Shown here piece after piece: positions 35,074-44,198 of a stretch of DNA of 46,111 nucleotides. The number at the start of each line of letters is the position of its first letter. Position 1 is the first letter of the stretch. The stretch is from an uncultured Candidatus Rokubacteria bacterium. Its GTDB lineage: Bacteria; Methylomirabilota; Methylomirabilia; Rokubacteriales; CSP1-6. Position numbers and translations under genes: made by a program. The stretch spans positions 1 through 46,111 of the forward strand of contig CAWBMV010000008.1 in assembly GCA_963789955.1 (NCBI GenBank), written 5' to 3'. The notes beneath the pieces were generated by a model, which was not told the DNA's origin, did no database searches, and worked only from the letters and a program-made list of their open reading frames with translations.

Positions 35074-35103
35074 TCCTCGCCGGCATGAGGGACACGACGC
35101 GCG

Positions 35104-36393
35104 ATGGATGACTCGACTCGCGCGGTGCTGGCGCAGGTCGATTCTCGCGGTCTGATCGAGCTGGCCAGCGATCTCATCCGGATCCCGAGCTTCAAGACCG
35201 AAGAAACGCCGGTTGCGCTGTTCCTCGAGAAGCTCTTCCGCGCCCGCGGGTACGACGTCGATCTGCAGGAGATCGAGCCCGGGCGGTTCCAGACGATCGC
35301 CACCCTGCGCGGTACCGGCGGCGGGGCGAGCCTCATGCTCAACGGCCACACCGACATCAACGCGCTCACCCGCCGATGGAAGCGCGATCCGTGGACACCC
35401 AGCCTCGAAGGCGATCGCCTGTACGGCCACGGCGTGCAGAACATGAAGGGCGGGCTTGCCAGCATCATCATGACCGCCGAGGCCATACGCCGCTCCGGCG
35501 TTCGGCTCGCCGGAGATCTGGTGGTCGCCTGCGTCGCGGGCGAGACGCAGGGCGGCGAGGGCACGCATTTCCTGATGCAGAGCGGTCTGCGCACCGACGC
35601 GGCCGTCGTCGCCGAGCCGTTCGGCGCCGACCACCTCGTCACGGTGCACTCGGGCATCGTGCACATGGCGATTCACGCGTACGGGGTGACCGGACACATC
35701 GGGCGCCTCGAGGGCACGGTGAACGCGGTGCAGAAGATGACGCAGATCGTCCGGGCGCTCGAGCACGTCGAGTTCCGTCATACGCCGCGACCCGACCTGC
35801 CCGCCTTCCCGCGGCTCAACGTCGGCAGCATTCTCGGCGGCCGCGGCCAGGACTACGTGCTCGTCGAGCCGCCGTACGTACCCGACCTGTGCACGATCCT
35901 GGTCGACGTGCACTTCGTGCCGGGGCAAACGATCGACGGCATCGTCGCCGACATCCGGCGCGCGCTCGATCCGATCGCCGCGCGCGATTCCGAGCTTCGC
36001 TACGAGATCGAGATTCCGCCGCCGGCGAGCTTCAAGGGACGCCGGCGCCTGGTGATGGACCCGTTCGACATGCCGACCGACGCGCCCATCGTGCAGGCCG
36101 TCGCGCGGAGCTATCGCGCCGTGACCGGCCGGGAGCCGAAGGCCATCGGCACCGTGCTGCCGCATTCGTACAGCGCGGACGACACGTGTCATCTCTGGAA
36201 GGCCGGCATACCGTGTCTTCTGTACGGGCCCGCGACGATCCGTGGCAACACGGACGAAGACGACGCCTGCGTGCTCGTGAGCGAGATGGAACAGGTCACG
36301 CGGGTACTAGCCGCGACGGCAGTCGACGTGTGCCAACGGAAGCCGGCCGAGCTCGCCGTTCTACGAACACCGATCTCAGGGAGAGACCAATGA
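35104..36393 (+). CDS. M20 family (ArgE/DapE-like) metallohydrolase with altered metal-ligand set
   Basis: LMLNGHTD, LYGHGVQNMKGG, VAGETQGG, VAEP and GIPCLLYGP. Confidence 0.85.
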   Translation: MDDSTRAVLAQVDSRGLIELASDLIRIPSFKTEETPVALFLEKLFRARGYDVDLQEIEPGRFQTIATLRGTGGGASLMLNGHTDINALTRRWKRDPWTPSLEGDRLYGHGVQNMKGGLASIIMTAEAIRRSGVRLAGDLVVACVAGETQGGEGTHFLMQSGLRTDAAVVAEPFGADHLVTVHSGIVHMAIHAYGVTGHIGRLEGTVNAVQKMTQIVRALEHVEFRHTPRPDLPAFPRLNVGSILGGRGQDYVLVEPPYVPDLCTILVDVHFVPGQTIDGIVADIRRALDPIAARDSELRYEIEIPPPASFKGRRRLVMDPFDMPTDAPIVQAVARSYRAVTGREPKAIGTVLPHSYSADDTCHLWKAGIPCLLYGPATIRGNTDEDDACVLVSEMEQVTRVLAATAVDVCQRKPAELAVLRTPISGRDQ

Positions 36394-37523
36394 GTACGCA
36401 CACCGCGTTCGCCAGTCATGACATCGCCTTCACCACGTGTGATGTGGTCCTCGCCGCGCAGGCCCGCACCCGTACTCAGGCACGACCGGCTGCCAGAGGG
36501 AAGGCGCCCGCGAGATCAGGCGAGCGGCGTGGTGAAGCGAGCACGAAGAGTCGGCGGCGCGAGATCGTCGTCGGCGGCCGCCGCGTGAAGACGATCGACG
36601 TGCACGCGCACTGCGTGATCCCGGAGGCGCTACGCGCTGCTGGGCCTGAAGGTGGACGACCAGCGCGGGCCCGGGCATCGACGAGGTGGGCCCGCGGCGC
36701 ATCGCCGAGATGGACGCGCAGGGCATCGACGTCGAGGCGCTCAGCATCAACCCGCAGTGGTACCGGGCGGAGCGCGACCTCGCGACCCAGGTGATCAAGA
36801 TCCAGAACGAGCGGCTCGCCGAGTTCTGCGCGACGTACCCGGACCGCTTCGTCGCCTTCGCGTCGGTCGCGCTGCAGTATCCCGGACCTGGCGGTGCAGC
36901 AGCTCGAGCACGGCGTGAAGAAGCTCGGGCTGCGCGGCGCGGCCGTCGGCGCGAGCGTCGCCGGCGAGGAGTTCTCCGACCCGAAGTTCCACCCGTTCTG
37001 GGCCAAGGCCGAGGAGCTGGGCGTGCTGATCTTCATCCACCCGCAGAGCACGCCGGAGCTCGCCAAGCGGTTCAAGGGCAACGGCTGGCTCGCCAACACC
37101 ATCGGCAACCCGCTCGACACCACCATCGCGCTCTCGCACCTGATCTTCGAGGGCACGCTCGACCGCTTCCCGGGGCTCAAGATCTGCTCGGCGCACGGCG
37201 GCGGCTTCCTGCCGTCGTACGCGCCGCGCTCGGACAACGCCTGCGCGTCGCGCCGGACATGGACACCGGCGTCAAGCTGAAGAAGAAGCCGACGGAGTAC
37301 CTGCGGCAGATGTACTACGACACGCTGGTCTTCACCTCGGAGGCGCTGCGCCACCTCGCCGCGGAAGTCGGCGTCGAGCCAGCTCGTCATCGGCACCGAT
37401 CATCCGATCCCGTGGCAGGACAAGTCGGTCGACCACATCCTGAAGGCGCCGGGCTTCAGCGACGCGGAGCGCCGGGCGATGCTCGGCGAGACGGCGGCGA
37501 AGCTGCTGGGGATCAAGCTTTAG
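36390..37523 (+). CDS. Amidohydrolase-2 family protein (ACMSD-like decarboxylase/hydratase), frameshifted
   Basis: TIDVHAH, QNERLAEFCATYPDRF, LIFIHP, LIFEGTLDRFPGLKICSAHGGGFLP, YYDTLVF and IGTDHPIPW; about 4 indels; stop TAG 37521-37523. Confidence 0.85.
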
Positions 37524-37536
37524 GCTCGGCAGCGAG

Positions 37537-38085
37537 TCAGGGTAGAAGCTGCAAGACCGGGATACTCGATCCCGGCGCGGCCAGCGGCGTAACCCGGCCT
37601 GAGGCGTCGAGTACTTCGCCCCGACCGTAACGCCAGCCGAACGGCGCGGCAGGATCCGCGAGCGGCTCTCGGTACACCTCGAGGACGCGGTCGATCAGGT
37701 TGAGTACCCAGTAGTCGGATAATCCGGCTCGAGCGTAGAGACTGCCCTTGCGCTGTCGATCAAGAACGAGGCTCGACTCGGCCACTTCCACGGTGAGTAC
37801 CGGACGCGAGGGATGCGCATGAGCGTAGTCGTCCGGCGCTCCGGGGACGACCGCGACGTCGGGCTCGGGCTCCGACTCGTCGTCGAGCCCGATGGGGCCC
37901 TCCGTCCGCACGTCCCATCCCGGCCCGAATGCCGCCTCGAGCGCCTTCGCGGTTTTGCGGATCGCCGTGTAGTGCGGGGCGCCTTGCGGTTCGGCGACCA
38001 TGAGCTCACCACCGATGAGCTCGATGGCCTCTCCCGGCTGGAACACTCCCAGATCGATGAGCCTCTCGTACTCCGCCCGCGTCAT
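37537..38085 (-). CDS. Uma2 (DUF820) family PD-(D/E)xK-like endonuclease
   Basis: MTRAEYERL...IELIGGEL, SEPEPDVAVV, VEVAESSL..DR..K..LYARAGL..YWVLNL. Start at 38085 preferred (38094 possible). Confidence 0.9.
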   Translation of the reverse strand: MTRAEYERLIDLGVFQPGEAIELIGGELMVAEPQGAPHYTAIRKTAKALEAAFGPGWDVRTEGPIGLDDESEPEPDVAVVPGAPDDYAHAHPSRPVLTVEVAESSLVLDRQRKGSLYARAGLSDYWVLNLIDRVLEVYREPLADPAAPFGWRYGRGEVLDASGRVTPLAAPGSSIPVLQLLP

Positions 38086-38127
38086 CGCGCCCATCGTATC
38101 GGCGTGCTTCGGGACGAGTCAACGTCC

Positions 38128-38133
38128 TATAAT
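38128..38133 (+). promoter_or_regulatory. Consensus -10 box upstream of the UGSC selenoprotein gene
   Basis: TATAAT in a GC-rich intergenic region, followed by an AGGAGG RBS before ATG 38170. Confidence 0.45.
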
Positions 38134-38169
38134 CGACACGCAAGCAAGGAGTCTTCAGGAGGCCACCGC

Positions 38170-39891
38170 ATGGTCACGCTCGAGTTTCACGATCCGTCCG
38201 GCGCGATCGAGGTGAAGCAGCCGTTTGCCCCGCGCATCACCGCCCTCGAAGGCAAGCGCATCGGCTTCGTCAGCAACGACCAGTGGCAGGCCTTCCGCAT
38301 GCTGCCCCTCTTGAAGAAGCTGCTCGAGGCCGACTTCCCGAGGATCGAAGTGCTGCCGATCGACGCCTTTCCTCAGGGCAACGCCGTGATCGGCTCCGAG
38401 GAGACGGCGGCGCAAGTGAAACAGAGCGGCGTCGACGCGGTCATCATCGGCAACGCTGCCTGAGGGTCCTGCGCCACTGCATGCGGCCGGGCGGCCGCCA
38501 GGCTCGAAGCACAGGGAATCCCGACCGTCACCCTGACCCGCGCGGACTTCGTCGGGGTGATGACGAACGCCGTCGCCGGTCTCGGCCTGGCGCCGGATGC
38601 GGCGATGGTCACCTTCCCCATCGACATGTTCCTGCCGGGGAGCGACATCTCGCCGGTAGAGGCGCGCAAGCACGAGTTCTACGACGGCCTCACGCGCTGG
38701 CGCTCGGCCTTCGGCGGCGACGGCGCGGCCGGCGCGGCGATGATCAAGGTTCAGGGCGCGAGCGTCGAGGATGCGTTCTCGCGCGTGAATCATCTGATGC
38801 TCGCGAACCGCTGGGGTGACGGCCTTCCGCTCTGGCCCCCGACGCGCGAGCGCGTCGACTGGATCCTCCGCGGCGCCACCGAGCCGCGCGGGCGTCGCGT
38901 GGGCATCTTCCCGCCCCGCGGCGGCGTGACCACGATCGAGACGTGCGCGATCGCGCTCGCGATGGCCGGCGGACGCCCGGAGTACCTGCCGGTGCTCGTG
39001 GCCGCGGTCGACGCGTTCCTCGATCCCGAATCAGGGAGCGCGCAGCTCCAGGCCGCGTCGGGCAGCGCCTTCCCCGTCGTCATCGTCAACGGGCCCATCG
39101 GCGCCCAGATCCGGCTGAACGCCGGCTTCGGCTGCCTCGGCCCGGATCCCCAGCGGCCGGCGGGCGCGAGCATCGGGCGCGCGCTGCGTCTCCTGCAGCA
39201 GAACGTCGGCGGCGCGCTGCCCGGCATCGGCACCATGGCCAACTACGGCGGCGTCCGCTACACCAACGTCGTCTTCGCCGAGGACGAGGCGGGCCTGCCG
39301 GGTGGGTGGGCGACGCACGCGACGGAGCGTCACGCCTTCGCACCGGGGCAGAATTCGATCTCGCTCGCGTTCGCGAACGGGGCGACCAACATCCGCCGGC
39401 GCGGCGCGAAGAAGGAGACGCCCGAAGAGGACGCGCTGCAGGGCATGTACCGCATGGCCGACTTCATGCGCGTGCCCAACATGCCGGGCCTGGCCGGCTA
39501 CGACCACGGCACCCCGGGCATCCTGATGATTCCGGGTGTCGTGGCGAACACGATGGCCGGTCTCGGCTGGACGAAAACTTCGATCCGCGACTTTCTCTGG
39601 GAGCACTCGCGCATTCCCACCGAGCATCTGCGTCGCGCGGGCTGTCCGGCGTGGATCGAGATCGACTCGAGCAAGGTCGTGCGCGACAGCATCGCGCTCG
39701 ACCCGTGGCCGATCACGGCCAGCCCCGACAACTTCATCGTCGTGGTCGCGGGCGGCGGGCATCCGACCAACAGCTACTGGCTCCAGGGTTACAGTCCTGG
39801 GGTCGTCGGCCGCACGCTCGAGCTCCCGCCGTCCTTCGACGAGCTGCTCGCGGAAGCGGAGCGCGACCTAGGGCCTGGAGCGACCTCGTAG
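38170..39891 (+). CDS. UGSC-family selenoprotein (Sec at in-frame TGA 38461-38463) fused to a conserved uncharacterised domain; 573 aa
   Basis: ORF from ATG 38170 reads ...DAVIIGNAA-TGA-GSCATAC...LEAQGIPTV and stays in frame into ORF 38557..39891 (WGDGLPLWPPT, AMAGGRPEYLPV, IVNGP, IGRALRL). Confidence 0.85.
38464..38505 (+). promoter_or_regulatory. Candidate bacterial SECIS stem-loop
   Basis: GCGGCC(38483-88)-GGGC-GGCCGC(38493-98) hairpin with a G-first loop about 25 nt 3' of the UGA; possible lower CCTG/CAGG pairing. Confidence 0.5.
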
Positions 39892-39907
39892 CGTCGCGCT
39901 CAGGCCC

Positions 39908-40723
39908 TCACACGAGCCGCGGGCGGTCGCCTTCCACGATGATCCGCCAGAGGATCCGGCTCTCGCTCCGGTCGTAGTCGCCGTGCGCCCGGTGCATCGT
40001 CGCGCGGTCGTCGATCACCAGCACGTCGCCCTTGCGCCAGAGGTGGTGATAGACGATCTCCGGCTTGATCATCCGGTCGAGCAGGTCGGACATGTAGGCG
40101 CGGCTCGCTTCCGGCGTCATGCCCTCGATGTGCGTCGCCTTGGTGATGTGAAAGTACACCGCCCTCGATCCGTGCACGGGGTGCGTGCGCACCATCGGGT
40201 GCTCGATCGGCTTGCCGTACTTGTCGACGTCGTCCTGGCGCGTGTCGGCGCGATCGCGGTCCAGGCTGTTGAACGTCTTCAGCGAATCGAGGCGCCGGCG
40301 CTCACCCTCCGGTAGCGCGACGTAGGCCGCACGCATGTTGGCCACGCTCGTCCCGCCGCCGGCCGAGGGAATCTCCACGCCGTACAGGATCGTCGCGGCC
40401 GGCGGGCGCTCACGGTTGGTGTGGTCCGTGTGCCACCGCTCCGCCGGCTGCTGGCCGTTCCGGTGCCAGATCAGCCCGATCAACGGGAAGTCGGGCATGT
40501 TGTGCTGCGAGTAGTGCTGCTCCATCGGCGGGCCGAACGTCGACGCGGCCGCGAGATACTGGTCCGGGGTCAACGTTTGCCCCCTGAACACGACCGCCAG
40601 ATGGTCGGCGAGTGCCTGCGACAAGGCCTCGCGAGTGGGCGCGTCGATCGGGCGGCTGAGATCGATGCCGGAGATCTCGGCGCCGAGCGAGGGATGGAGC
40701 GGCGCGATCTTCAGGGATCCCAT
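39908..40723 (-). CDS. TauD/TfdA family 2-oxoglutarate/Fe(II) dioxygenase
   Basis: LGAEISGIDL, WHTD (HxD), HPMVRTHP and WRKGDVLVIDDRATMHRA. Confidence 0.93.
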   Translation of the reverse strand: MGSLKIAPLHPSLGAEISGIDLSRPIDAPTREALSQALADHLAVVFRGQTLTPDQYLAAASTFGPPMEQHYSQHNMPDFPLIGLIWHRNGQQPAERWHTDHTNRERPPAATILYGVEIPSAGGGTSVANMRAAYVALPEGERRRLDSLKTFNSLDRDRADTRQDDVDKYGKPIEHPMVRTHPVHGSRAVYFHITKATHIEGMTPEASRAYMSDLLDRMIKPEIVYHHLWRKGDVLVIDDRATMHRAHGDYDRSESRILWRIIVEGDRPRLV

Positions 40724-40731
40724 GCTCGGCC

Positions 40732-41295
40732 TCAGCGAGCCAGGCCGGGAGTTCCGGCCGGCACGTCATAGACGTTCATCGTCAGCGAGACGGCCGTGTA
40801 GTACCCCATCAGCACGACCATGTCGGTGATGCTCTCGTGGCCGAGCGCCTTGATCGCGCGATCGTACAAGCCCTGCGAGACCAGCCGGCCGTTGGCGAGC
40901 GTCGTCGCGAGCTCGTAGACGACCTGCTCCCTCAAGTCGGCGAACGAGGCCGGAAGCCCCGCCATCATCGCTTCAACGGCGGGCACGGGCAGGCCGACCT
41001 CCTTGCCGCGCTTCTCGTGCGCGGCGGCCGGATAGGCCGCGTGCCACTTGCTGGTGATCACGATCACCGCAATCTCCCGCTCACGCTCCGTCAGCGACGA
41101 ATGGCCCGGCGTGAAGTGCTCGCCGAGCGGGGCGGCGGCACGGAGCAGCTTCGGATTGTGCACCCACACCTTGTACGGGCCGGGCAAGCGGCCGCGCGGG
41201 CCCTCGACCAGGAAGCGAAAGCCGTCCTTCTGCTCCGCGGTCATCTGGTCGACGGGAATTTCGGCGTAGCGTCCGAACGTCGGGGTGGCGCTCAT
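40732..41295 (-). CDS. Carboxymuconolactone decarboxylase/AhpD-like family protein
   Basis: GPYKVWVHNP, LTEREREIAVI...WHAAY..AAH and LMGYYTAVS. Confidence 0.8.
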   Translation of the reverse strand: MSATPTFGRYAEIPVDQMTAEQKDGFRFLVEGPRGRLPGPYKVWVHNPKLLRAAAPLGEHFTPGHSSLTEREREIAVIVITSKWHAAYPAAAHEKRGKEVGLPVPAVEAMMAGLPASFADLREQVVYELATTLANGRLVSQGLYDRAIKALGHESITDMVVLMGYYTAVSLTMNVYDVPAGTPGLAR

Positions 41296-41322
41296 CGTCC
41301 TGTCTCCTGTTCGCGAGGTCGT

Positions 41323-42301
41323 TCAGAGCGCAGCATAAACCAGATCAATGAAGTGACGGACGTGCTTGTGCTGCCATCCGGCTCGCGACTGATTCATCGC
41401 GTAGCCGAAGGCGACGCGCGCGTCGGGATCGGCGAACCCGAGCGAGCCTCCGGCCCCGAAGTGTCCGAAGGCCCGCGGATTCGGCCCCAGCCGTCGCTCG
41501 GCCATCGTGAGCTGGAATCCGAGCCCGAAGCGCGTCGGGCGCTCGACCATGATGTCGTCGCCGTACACCTGCTGGCTCGCACGCGCGATGATCTCCGGCG
41601 ATAGCACGCTGAAACCGTCGAGCCGGCCGTTGCCGGCCAGCGCGGAATAGAGCCGCGCAACGCCGCGCGCGGTCCGCGCAGCGCGCGTCGAGCTCAGGGC
41701 CGAAGCCGACGAAGAAGTCGATGCCCGCGGGTCCGGTGAGGCTCTCGCGCAGGTAGCTCCCGAACGTCTGACCGGTGATGCGCCGCACGACCTCACCGAT
41801 CAAGAACCCCTGCGTGTTGACGTGATACCCGTGCCCGGCGCCCGGCTCCCACCAGGGCGCCTGCTCCGCGAGCGCCTCGGTGATCGCGTCCCACCGGGTC
41901 CACGCCCCGGGCGGCAGCGGCCGCGCGATCGCCGGCAGGGCGGCCTGGTGCGTCAGGAGATAACGCACCGGCAGCTGCTCCTTGTTCGCGCGCGCGAACT
42001 CGGGCCAGTAGCGGGCGACCGGTGCGTCGAGATCGAGGCGGCCGGCATCGACGAGACGCAGCGCGCAGACGGCACCGATCGCCTTGCCGACCGAGTAGAG
42101 ATTGACGATCGTGTCGCGCTGCCAGGGCCGCGTCCGCGCGGCGTCGGCGTATCCGCCCCAGAGGTCGACGACACGACGGCCGTCGACGTAGACGGCCAGC
42201 GCTGCGCCCACCTCGAAGCCAGAGGCGAGCACTTCGGCGAGCGCATCGCGCACGCCCTGGAACGCCGGGTCACACTGTCCGGCGAGCCTCGGAATCCGCA
42301 A
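41323..42301 (-). pseudogene. Beta-lactamase-related serine hydrolase (EstB/class C-like) with internal deletion and frameshift at ~41672
   Basis: VVDLWGG, YSVGK (SxxK), LLTHQA, GYH and FGHFGAGGS. The sequence jumps from ARCAD to TARGVARLY with a frame change. Could be an assembly artefact. Confidence 0.7.
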
Positions 42302-42322
42302 ACCTGCTATTGTTGCCCCCTT

Positions 42323-44185
42323 ATGCGACGATCCTCAGCGCTTCGCCGCCTCGTCAGCATCGCTGCCGTTGCCGCCGGTCTGGTGATGTTCCCGGCGCCT
42401 CCGGCGTTCGCGCAATCGTGCCCCACCTTACCGTCACTGCCGGGGCTCCCGCGTCGGGCCGTGCCCGACATCTGGGCGCCGTCGGCGAGCCAGGCACCGA
42501 TCTACTTCGTCGCGCCCCACCCGGTGTCGACCTATGCCCTGTTCGCGCCGGTCCACGCGACCCTGCTGCCTCCGGGCACGCTCGGCCCGGACGGTACGCC
42601 GATCGCCGACATCCGCATCATGCTGTTCGGTCGAGCCGACGACCGCGTCAAGGCGGCCTCGTTCACGCCCACGCCGCTCGGGCAGGCCTTGCCCCCTGCC
42701 GTGTTGCTCAGCGCCGAGAGCACGCCGCACCTGACCACGAGCATCTTCGACGACGCGAGCGGCAATCACTGGTACAACTCCGACACGCTGTTCTGCTCCG
42801 GCCATTCGCTGACCGCGAACGGCAACATCTTCGTCGCGGGCGGCACCGAGCTCTACTCGATCGCCAGCCCCGATCGGACGACGACGGTCGACGTGCTCTA
42901 CGGCCTCGAGTACGCCACGCGCTATTCCTCGTTCACCACGAGCGGCAGCGGTCAGTGGACGAAGATCGACGCGTCGTTCAGCCCGGGCCAGTCGAATCTC
43001 CCGCGGCGGTGGTACTCCGCGGTCACGCGTCTGCCCGACTCGCGGATGCTCGTCACCTCGGGCCTCGACTTCGTCACGTTGAACTCCAGCGACGCCAGCG
43101 GGCACCACCATCTGGCCGACGGCACGCCGAACCGCAGCGTGGAGGTCTACGACCCGAGCACCGGCTGGAGCCTGATCTCGACCCACGCCGAGACACCGCT
43201 CGAGGTGTGGAACCCGGACTACACGCACGTGTTCCCGATTCCGAGGCCCGAGGCCGGCAACGCGCTCCTGATGTTCGGCGGGGCCGGCGTTCCCGTCTAT
43301 CTGCTCCCCGACGCGGCGCCGGGAAGCCGCTGGATCCCGCAGACCGCGATGGTGCGTCCGGGCGCCGTCGCGGCCGACGGCCGCAACCACGGCACGTCCT
43401 CCGCGCTGCTCCCCCTGCGCGTGCTCGACGGCGAGTGGGGCTACGGCAACGGCAGCGTCGTGCAGGCAGGCGGCGGGCGCGGCAGCGACGACGAGCATCA
43501 CATCGACGTCTATGAGTTCTGCGCCAAGCAATGGGCGCCGTCGAGCCTCGAGATGGGCGTCAACCGCCGCCACCCGGCCACCGTTCTCCTGCCCGACGGT
43601 AAGGTGCTCGTGCTCAACGGACACGACGACTCGCAGCCGACAATCGCCCAGCCCGACGGCGTGCGCCACGCGCAGTATCTCGACCTGCGGCCGCCGGCGC
43701 CGTCGTTCACGGTGGGCATGTCGGCGGGCGGGCCGGCCGGTGAGGCGCGCGGGTACCACAACGTGGCGCTGCTGCTCCCGGACGGCCGCGTGTTCGTGGC
43801 GGGCGGGCGCAGCCGCAGCGAGATCGCGCCACCAGACGCGGAGGACGAGAAGCCCACCTTCAGGTATCTCTATCCGCCGTACATGCGGGAGCCGCGCCCG
43901 GCGATCACGGCGGCGCCGGCGACCATCGGCTACGGCGCGAGCTTCAACGTGTCCTTCTCAGGTGGGCCGATATCCGAGGCCGTGCTGATCGGCCTCGGCT
44001 CGATGACGCACGCCTTCGACACGAACCAGCGTCACGTTCAGCTCCCGCTGGTGGCGCCGACGTCGACGAACGCGACCATCCTCGGCCCGCCGAATCGACA
44101 GACGGCACCACCCGGGTACTACATGCTGTTCGTCCTCAATCAGGCGAACGTGCCGTCGATCGCGCGGATCGTCCGCCTGGAGTGA
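42323..44185 (+). CDS. Secreted copper radical oxidase (galactose/glyoxal oxidase-like, AA5; Kelch propeller + DUF1929-type C-terminal domain)
   Basis: Signal peptide (AFA|Q); LFCSGHS (Cys), RRWYS (Tyr), RGYHNVALLLPDGRV (Tyr-His), SMTHAFD (His) and APPGYYMLFV. Confidence 0.88.
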   Translation: MRRSSALRRLVSIAAVAAGLVMFPAPPAFAQSCPTLPSLPGLPRRAVPDIWAPSASQAPIYFVAPHPVSTYALFAPVHATLLPPGTLGPDGTPIADIRIMLFGRADDRVKAASFTPTPLGQALPPAVLLSAESTPHLTTSIFDDASGNHWYNSDTLFCSGHSLTANGNIFVAGGTELYSIASPDRTTTVDVLYGLEYATRYSSFTTSGSGQWTKIDASFSPGQSNLPRRWYSAVTRLPDSRMLVTSGLDFVTLNSSDASGHHHLADGTPNRSVEVYDPSTGWSLISTHAETPLEVWNPDYTHVFPIPRPEAGNALLMFGGAGVPVYLLPDAAPGSRWIPQTAMVRPGAVAADGRNHGTSSALLPLRVLDGEWGYGNGSVVQAGGGRGSDDEHHIDVYEFCAKQWAPSSLEMGVNRRHPATVLLPDGKVLVLNGHDDSQPTIAQPDGVRHAQYLDLRPPAPSFTVGMSAGGPAGEARGYHNVALLLPDGRVFVAGGRSRSEIAPPDAEDEKPTFRYLYPPYMREPRPAITAAPATIGYGASFNVSFSGGPISEAVLIGLGSMTHAFDTNQRHVQLPLVAPTSTNATILGPPNRQTAPPGYYMLFVLNQANVPSIARIVRLE

Positions 44186-44198
44186 CGCGCCGGGTCGC

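Noticed and set aside
32452..36192. 1246-aa minus-strand ORF
   Set aside because: Only the last 465 aa (from 33849) are the amidase. The rest is the antisense shadow of the DAO and M20 genes, open because of high GC3.
37537..38085. Uma2 nuclease as part of a defence system
   Set aside because: It is solitary, with no methylase, ATPase or other defence genes adjacent; Uma2 paralogues are commonly scattered in such genomes.
40732..41295. Calling this gene pcaC
   Set aside because: It is 187 aa with the longer AhpD-like pattern and is unlinked to pcaHGB; only family-level assignment is supportable.
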